Positions 44,169 to 49,755 of a stretch of 49,755 nucleotides of DNA are shown here, in pieces; the stretch's first letter is position 1, and each line of letters begins with the position of its first letter. The stretch is from Candidatus Chisholmbacteria bacterium. Its GTDB lineage: Bacteria; Patescibacteriota; Microgenomatia; UBA1400; JACOWY01. The DNA lies in NCBI GenBank assembly GCA_016176555.1, contig JACOWY010000002.1:1-49755 (forward strand), read 5' to 3'. The notes under the pieces are model-generated. The model was not told the origin of the DNA. It saw only the letters and a list, made by a program, of their open reading frames with translations, and did not search any database. A program made the position numbers and the translations under genes.

Positions 44169-44195
44169 TTGACAAGATGAAAAAAGTGTTAAGAT
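44169..44195 (+). promoter_or_regulatory. Promoter TTGACA...TGtTAAGAT, 7 nt upstream of the ATG (leaderless)
   Basis: Seen directly. Confidence 0.6.
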
Positions 44196-44202
44196 ACCCT
44201 TC

Positions 44203-44946
44203 ATGACACTGTTGCTTTGGATCATTTTAGGCGTCGCCGCTTTACTGTTATTGTCGGGGCTAAAAGTTATCGATCAATATGAGCGAGGCATTGTGCTGAC
44301 TTTGGGCTCCTACTCGTATACGCTGCAGCCGGGATTGAGAGTGGTCGTGCCAATTTTCCAAAGAGTGATTAGGGTGGACATACGGATTTCCACCTCTGAT
44401 ATTCCGCAACAGGAGGTGATCACCAAAGACAATGTGCCGGTGGGGATCAATGCGGTAGTTTACTTTCAGGTGACTAAGCCAGAAGATGCGGTATTGAAGA
44501 TTCAAGACTATACTTATGCGACGACTCAGTACGCCCAAACTGCTCTAAGGGATGTCATTGGCGGAGTGGAATTGGATACCCTGCTTACCGAGCGGCAGAA
44601 GATTGCCAACGAGATAAAATCCCTTGTAGATAAGGAGACGGTTGACTGGGGCATCGACGTCACTTCAATTAAAATTCAAGACATTGAGCTGCCGGCGGAT
44701 ATGAAACGCGCCATGGCCAAACAGGCCGAAGCAGAGCGGGAGCGAAGAGCGACTATCATTCGCTCGCAAGGAGAACTGGCGGCTTCCAAAAACTTGCAAG
44801 AAGCGATGAAACAAATGGCTGGCTCGGGAGCCATTTCGCTCAGAACACTGCAGACGATTGAAGCCACGACTGCCAATCCGGCTAATACGATCGTCTTTGC
44901 CCTACCCACAGAAGTGCTTGAGGGATTGAAACGGCTTGCCCGTTAA
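44203..44946 (+). CDS. SPFH/band 7 (stomatin-like) protein
   Basis: QYERG...LG, ITKDNV, AQT.LR.VIG, WGI.V and MAKQAEAERERRA motifs. Confidence 0.95.
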   Translation: MTLLLWIILGVAALLLLSGLKVIDQYERGIVLTLGSYSYTLQPGLRVVVPIFQRVIRVDIRISTSDIPQQEVITKDNVPVGINAVVYFQVTKPEDAVLKIQDYTYATTQYAQTALRDVIGGVELDTLLTERQKIANEIKSLVDKETVDWGIDVTSIKIQDIELPADMKRAMAKQAEAERERRATIIRSQGELAASKNLQEAMKQMAGSGAISLRTLQTIEATTANPANTIVFALPTEVLEGLKRLAR

Positions 44947-44952
44947 TTAGGT

Positions 44953-45300
44953 ATGGACTTAGCGAAACAACCTGATGATTCTCAGGTAGTGTCACGCCTT
45001 TTGGGATGGATAATTTTAGGGGCTAATATTTGGCTGGTTTATCATCTGATTATTTTTGTGGGTAAAACCAGTTTCGAAGCGGGTCTGGGCGAATACACGT
45101 ATCTAAGGAATATGTTTTATTTGGGCTACGCGTTGCTGCTTGGATTTTTCGGAATTCTCACGATTTTAGGCTACAAAGAGAAAGTGCAAAATTTTATACC
45201 TCGAATTGTCATCGGCCTCATCCTGACTACTTTCGCCTACGCTTTAGTCGGCGTAGCGATTGATAGCTATTATTGGCTCATTAGATTATTGGCGAACTAA
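44953..45300 (+). CDS. Hypothetical 3-TM membrane protein
   Basis: Three hydrophobic segments; operon position. Confidence 0.7.
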   Translation: MDLAKQPDDSQVVSRLLGWIILGANIWLVYHLIIFVGKTSFEAGLGEYTYLRNMFYLGYALLLGFFGILTILGYKEKVQNFIPRIVIGLILTTFAYALVGVAIDSYYWLIRLLAN

Positions 45301-46109
45301 TGGACATACGCGAACTTATTTTCCCCAATAACCACTGGGTACGTTTAGGGCTCTACTTGGTATTTATTCTCATCCTGGGTAGATTCAAATCTATGTTTAC
45401 CGCCAGAATTTTTTGGGCGGCATTTTTTTTAGTGCCAGCTGTTATCATTTTATATGGCCTTGCCACTGGAAGAGTTCAAAATGCGGGGACATGGTGGAAT
45501 ACCCTGTCATTAGTGATGGGGTTGGGCATGGGAGTATTGGGGCTATTGGTCCTTTTCCCTCAACTGGCAAAATTGTTGCCTCAACCGAAGCCAAAAAAAT
45601 GCAAAGTGTGTGGCCAGCCAGCAGATGATGTTTTTATTGTGGATGGTGGAAAAGCGGAAGGGATTTACTGCCGCCGGCACGTGATGGAAAATTTTGAGCG
45701 AGCTTTTAAAGCGTTTATGTATCCATTTGTAGTTTTTCATCCTGAGCAAGAACGAGCAGGCTGCGCGACGATGTATCCTTACTATGCTTTAGATGAAATG
45801 GTCAATAAATTTCATTTTGAAAAACAGGCCCGTGACAACGTCCAAAGGTGCATTGAGAGAATATCGGGAAAGTGTAACAAGTGTGGCGAGAATAAAGCTC
45901 AGGTCGCCTATTTTCGCAAGGGCATATTAACGTGGGCCGGTTCGGGCCCGCAGTTAGCTAAAGTGAACGCTGTGCCTCAGCTCTTATGCTTGGAGTGCAC
46001 TTTAAAACAGATCACTCCCGCATTAGCGGCGAATAAAGAACATTATTCTGATAACGGTTTGTTTGCCCCCTATAAACAAGCTGGGGTGTACGTTAATACT
46101 TACCTTTAG
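45300..46109 (+). CDS. Hypothetical 3-TM protein with Cys-rich C-terminal domain
   Basis: TAATG coupling; CKVC, YC..H, CNKC and CLEC motifs. Confidence 0.75.
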   Translation: MDIRELIFPNNHWVRLGLYLVFILILGRFKSMFTARIFWAAFFLVPAVIILYGLATGRVQNAGTWWNTLSLVMGLGMGVLGLLVLFPQLAKLLPQPKPKKCKVCGQPADDVFIVDGGKAEGIYCRRHVMENFERAFKAFMYPFVVFHPEQERAGCATMYPYYALDEMVNKFHFEKQARDNVQRCIERISGKCNKCGENKAQVAYFRKGILTWAGSGPQLAKVNAVPQLLCLECTLKQITPALAANKEHYSDNGLFAPYKQAGVYVNTYL

Positions 46110-46112
46110 GAA

Positions 46113-46760
46113 TCATTTGATAGCTTGTAAAAACTCTTCAGCCAACCTCCCGGTATCGGCGCTCGCCTGATAAAACTCTTTCCACACCACTACGATGTTG
46201 GCGTCGTTAAAGACTGAGCGCTGAACTTCACGGATGGTATCGCCGCCGGCGATAGAAATCATGACGTCGTAGCTGGAGCGAATTTTGTTGATTTGTAAGT
46301 AGGGAATGGGTTTGTCTTTGTTAAAGGTTTCTTCGTCCACGCCGCGGTGCAAAATAACCACGGTGGGAAGTTTTCTGAGTTTTCTTAAAATCTTGATGGG
46401 TTGATCCACGTTCATCATATCCACCATGCTGTCGAGGCCGAACTTGGCGCAGGCGGCAATAAAGGCATTAATGGTCTCAACCGGGGCTTGACCCAAGGCA
46501 ATGGCCCCTTCGGCGCCGGCTTCTTGGGCAATGAGGGCTTCTGTCTCTCCCCTATCCATGGTTTTTAAATCGGCCACGACGTAGCCGGCCCACAACTGGC
46601 GCAGATGGCTGATGGCCTCGGCGCCATATCTTTTGATGAGGGGAGTGCCGGCTTCAAGTAAAATTCTGTCGCTTTGAGGAAGTTGGGCAATGATCCCACT
46701 CGCTTCTTCTAGGGTGTTGTTGAGGGCCACTTGTAAATATTTGACTTTGCGGTTTAACAT
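46113..46760 (-). CDS. 3-hexulose-6-phosphate synthase / OMP decarboxylase (HUMPS) family protein
   Basis: LQVAL, EAGTPLIK.YG, VADLKTMD, HRGVDE and IAGG motifs. Confidence 0.85.
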   Translation of the reverse strand: MLNRKVKYLQVALNNTLEEASGIIAQLPQSDRILLEAGTPLIKRYGAEAISHLRQLWAGYVVADLKTMDRGETEALIAQEAGAEGAIALGQAPVETINAFIAACAKFGLDSMVDMMNVDQPIKILRKLRKLPTVVILHRGVDEETFNKDKPIPYLQINKIRSSYDVMISIAGGDTIREVQRSVFNDANIVVVWKEFYQASADTGRLAEEFLQAIK

Positions 46761-46860
46761 CTTCCATCAGATTAGATTACCTACCTTAGGATTACAAGTT
46801 TGAAAAATTGTAGGCCCAACATCAGGTTTACCAAGCATGCATGGTAGAATACTACTGCCC

Positions 46861-47082
46861 ATGAAAGCAAAATACGATCCGGTGGCTGACGCCATGTATA
46901 TTTATTTTTCGGAGAGAAAAAAGAGCACTCGAACCGAAGAGGTAAGTGAGGATATTTTGGTGGATTACTCGGGGCGCGAGATGGTGGGGATCGAAATTTT
47001 GGATGCTTCGAAAAAGCTGCCAAGGAAGAACTTGGCATCTCTCAAAACTCCTGCAATTTTTGGCACTGTTTCAGCTCATTGA
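46861..47082 (+). CDS. DUF2283 family protein (start ATG46861)
   Basis: YDP.ADAMYI.F and ILVDY....VGIEILDASK motifs. Confidence 0.88.
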   Translation: MKAKYDPVADAMYIYFSERKKSTRTEEVSEDILVDYSGREMVGIEILDASKKLPRKNLASLKTPAIFGTVSAH

Positions 47083-47111
47083 GAGAGGCCTATCAACATA
47101 ATTTAAACTAT

Positions 47112-47185
47112 CGGGGAGTAGTATAGTGGTAGTACGTGCGCATGGGGTGCGCATAGCGGGAGTTCAATTCTCCCCTCCCCGACCA
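47112..47185 (+). tRNA. tRNA-Pro (GGG) with encoded CCA
   Basis: Acceptor CGGGGAG/CTCCCCG; anticodon stem TGCGC/GCGCA with loop ATGGGGT; T arm GGGAG-TTCAATT-CTCCC. Confidence 0.95.
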
Positions 47186-47211
47186 ATTCGGGCCAGCCGC
47201 CATCATAATTC

Positions 47212-47940
47212 TTAATCGTGAACCACGACCCTTACCCCTGGATTATCCGAACTTGAACTCAGTGCTCCTAGGCCTTCTGGCATGGATGGCCCGGCCCAAT
47301 TATAGAGTTGCTCGGCATCGGGAATTCTAAGGTTCACACAACCGCTGCTTCTATTCTTAATGCCGAAGTCATCGTGCCAGTAGGCACCATGAATGGCATA
47401 GCCTCCGTGGAAAAAAAGGGAATAGGGGACATTTGGCAAATAGTAGTAATCTCCTCTTTCTTTTGACCCGCCTCGGTACGCTTGATTCCTTACTTTTCTC
47501 CAAACCCTAAACTCACCAGTAACAGTCTTGTATCCTGGCCTGCCTGAAGAAATTGAAAACTCAAAAACCTTTCGGTTTCCCTCCCAAGCATTGAGTCTAA
47601 AATCAGATAGGTCTACTTCGATCCATTTTTCGCTCCCATCGGCAGCAATATGGGAACCTAAAACTACCGCAGAATCTCCTGCAACAATTCTTCGGGGTTT
47701 GACGGCAAGCTTTTCATTATCAAAAACTGGGTTGCCTGCATTTTCTACCCATGCGCCAGAGCTTAATTTAACTTGTTCCAGGAAACTATCGGTTCCGTCG
47801 TGTTCTAAAGCAATTGCATCCTCGGGCAAAATCTGTTTTCTGGCCATGGAAACAAATAATATTACCAACAAAAAACCAACACCTATCCACAAATATTTAC
47901 GAGCTAGTTTACTGATCATAATAGATCTCAATCTTATCAC
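47212..47940 (-). CDS. L,D-transpeptidase (YkuD) family protein
   Basis: KWIEVDLS, ISSG....T..GEF and IHGAYWH..FG...S.GCVN motifs. Confidence 0.92.
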   Translation of the reverse strand: MIRLRSIMISKLARKYLWIGVGFLLVILFVSMARKQILPEDAIALEHDGTDSFLEQVKLSSGAWVENAGNPVFDNEKLAVKPRRIVAGDSAVVLGSHIAADGSEKWIEVDLSDFRLNAWEGNRKVFEFSISSGRPGYKTVTGEFRVWRKVRNQAYRGGSKERGDYYYLPNVPYSLFFHGGYAIHGAYWHDDFGIKNRSSGCVNLRIPDAEQLYNWAGPSMPEGLGALSSSSDNPGVRVVVHD

Positions 47941-48352
47941 CGTCTTTCATTAAATAATTTTCAAAATCTTGGTTTTCTTGGCCATTGACCGTCATTTTAG
48001 GGACACCGTTGGCACTAAAATCTTTTCCCCAAACCTTGAAAAAATTACCCATTTTAGTCTTCTCTATAGTGACCAAGCCGCTCATTTCCAGATGAAGAAC
48101 CCCGCTTGAGTCGTGGGTGTGGATCGGTTGATGGATGGCGCCTATACCTATATCTTTAGGAATTTCTTGCTTCTGGCCCTTGATGTAGATTGAGAGTTGG
48201 GGATGCCAATGCAACCCTCGGCGGGAAATGACTTGCTCCTCTGGTACTGAGGCCTCTGGCGACGATTGCCTGGAAAATAGCCAGGCGCCGCCTGCAAGGA
48301 TAACTAAGCTAAAGATAATGATGCCCCCGAAAATTTTGGCATTGGGACTCAT
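47909..48352 (-). CDS. Exported His-motif hypothetical protein (start probably ATG48352)
   Basis: TM helix; HWHP.L and IHTHD..G.LH.E motifs. Confidence 0.75.
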   Translation of the reverse strand: MSPNAKIFGGIIIFSLVILAGGAWLFSRQSSPEASVPEEQVISRRGLHWHPQLSIYIKGQKQEIPKDIGIGAIHQPIHTHDSSGVLHLEMSGLVTIEKTKMGNFFKVWGKDFSANGVPKMTVNGQENQDFENYLMKDGDKIEIYYDQ

Positions 48353-49755
48353 ACGCCACAACTACCACCCCCCTGGTTTTTAGGCAGAAGGCCGGGAATT
48401 CTGGCTATTTCTGTTTGGACATTTTGGGACCAGGGGCTCACGGCTGAGTAGTCGTAACCTAAGACTAGCCGCGCATCGACATATTCCCAGTCAGTATTGT
48501 TAGCGACTTTGAAATAAAGGGCGGTTTGAATATAGTTATGGGGAAACCAGAAAGAGTTGAAAGCTAAAGCCTCTTGATATAACTGGGCCTCAGTTAACCC
48601 TTGACTTGCCCCCAACTCAAGAAGTCCCAAAAGCGCAGAGCCATGATTACAGTCTTGGTAAAAAGTCGAGTTGTTGCAACAAGGTCGATAGGTATTTTGG
48701 GCAATCTTGGTCACTAACTACTCCTGCTGGGGATTCAGTTCAACGATTCTAAATTTATTAAAATACTCGCCCCCATTTTCTTCTTGGCCTAAATTCCAGC
48801 CTCCAGTTGAAGCAAAGTTAAAGAGCGTTTTGCCATTCACCGGGCTTTGATTGTTGGTCGACATATAATTTGAGAGGCCTAATGGCCAGAGAAGGTTGAC
48901 ATAATAATTGGCATTGGCTTTTGTCAAAAGTATTGGTTGATACGAAGTCTCAATTAAAACCTCCTCAAGCTCGGGTGGAAGTCCGCCTCTGCCTTGATAA
49001 ATACCGGCGAATTTCTGCCGATCAATCACCCCCTCGGCTACAAGTTTGACCACACTGTCTCCTAAATAAATTTTACTTTGGAAGCCGGCCTCCGGTAGAA
49101 CCTTAGCGACTACCTCGCCGTAAATTGGATTATTGCCTGCTTGGACCTGGCTGGCCTCATAAAGACGGTTGTCGGCGGGATTGATAAGAGTGGTCTTCTT
49201 CGGAAATATAGAGAAAAAAATTGGATCGGTGGCAAGCAGCTTGACCGCGAGGTAGCCGAGAATCGCTATCCCAACTACGAGGGCGGCAAACCAAGATTTC
49301 TCTTTGGTTTTAAAAGAGGCATTCTTGGGGACGGGGCAAGCTTCGGCGCCACTGGCAAATCTTTTTAATTGTCTGGTGGTGACAATAAGTGGCACTGCCA
49401 TCAAGCCAAAAGAAAGCGCTTTAAGCTCCAAGCCGCCGAGGGGAAATGCAGCCAATCCGCCGGTAATACCGATGGCCGAAAGAAGAGTTGAACCACAGAC
49501 AGGACACGCCGAAGCAAAGACGCCAACGATGCTGCCCAGGCCGGTTAAGCCTCGGACCTTAAACTTGGGAAAACCGTATTTACGCAGGCGGTAAACAAAG
49601 AGAGGCACATTGATAGCAAAGAGAATCAGGGTGCCTAAGGTCAAAATGACATAGGGCCAAAAATATAAAGGCAGAGACAATGAATAATTCGTAACCAGGT
49701 TATAAATGCTGGCGTTAAGCCTCAAGCTCCAATAGAAAGCCAAAAATAGAGCCAG
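48349..49755 (-). pseudogene. Cys-rich membrane protein split by one in-frame TAG (48718-48720); 5' end lies outside the window
   Basis: ORFs 48718-49743 and 48349-48714 share a frame: ...PQQE*LVTKIAQNTYRPCCNNST. Confidence 0.75.

Noticed and set aside
47136..47152. Unusual A32 in the tRNA-Pro anticodon loop
   Set aside because: A32-U38 is a known feature of GGG/GGC-anticodon tRNAs
48718..48720. Pyrrolysine or genome-wide TAG recoding
   Set aside because: TAG is the normal stop of HU, rny, comM and the pilin, and no pyl genes are seen

Overview
A 49.8-kb stretch of core chromosome, most likely from a Patescibacteria (CPR) bacterium of the Microgenomates type. This is inferred from gene content and style; TGA is used as a stop, so the code is 11. 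Housekeeping genes include recJ, cca, secD/secF, an M29 aminopeptidase, rdgB, comM, uppP, miaA/miaB, HU, rny, recX and recA. There is a type IV pilus/competence locus with an adjacent GAF histidine kinase and receiver protein, a PIN/HTH toxin-antitoxin pair, RNase P RNA (rnpB) and tRNA-Pro(GGG). The most unusual signal is non-coding: a dense, nested set of tiny elements with no transposase in the window. These are (i) two IS200/IS605-type miniature elements whose guide and cleavage tetranucleotides co-vary as HUH-transposase rules predict, one sitting at the truncated 5' end of an ABC ATPase; (ii) about 10 copies of a CTAC-hairpin-CCG element; (iii) 15-21 nt GC-rich palindromes; and (iv) heptamer-periodic arrays. 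Several sit in frame inside recJ, miaA, miaB, secF and cca, or inside rnpB. Other candidates are a compact 6S-like RNA upstream of rny, a leader-peptide attenuator at the window start, a small zinc-ribbon gene missing from the ORF track, and two further split genes.
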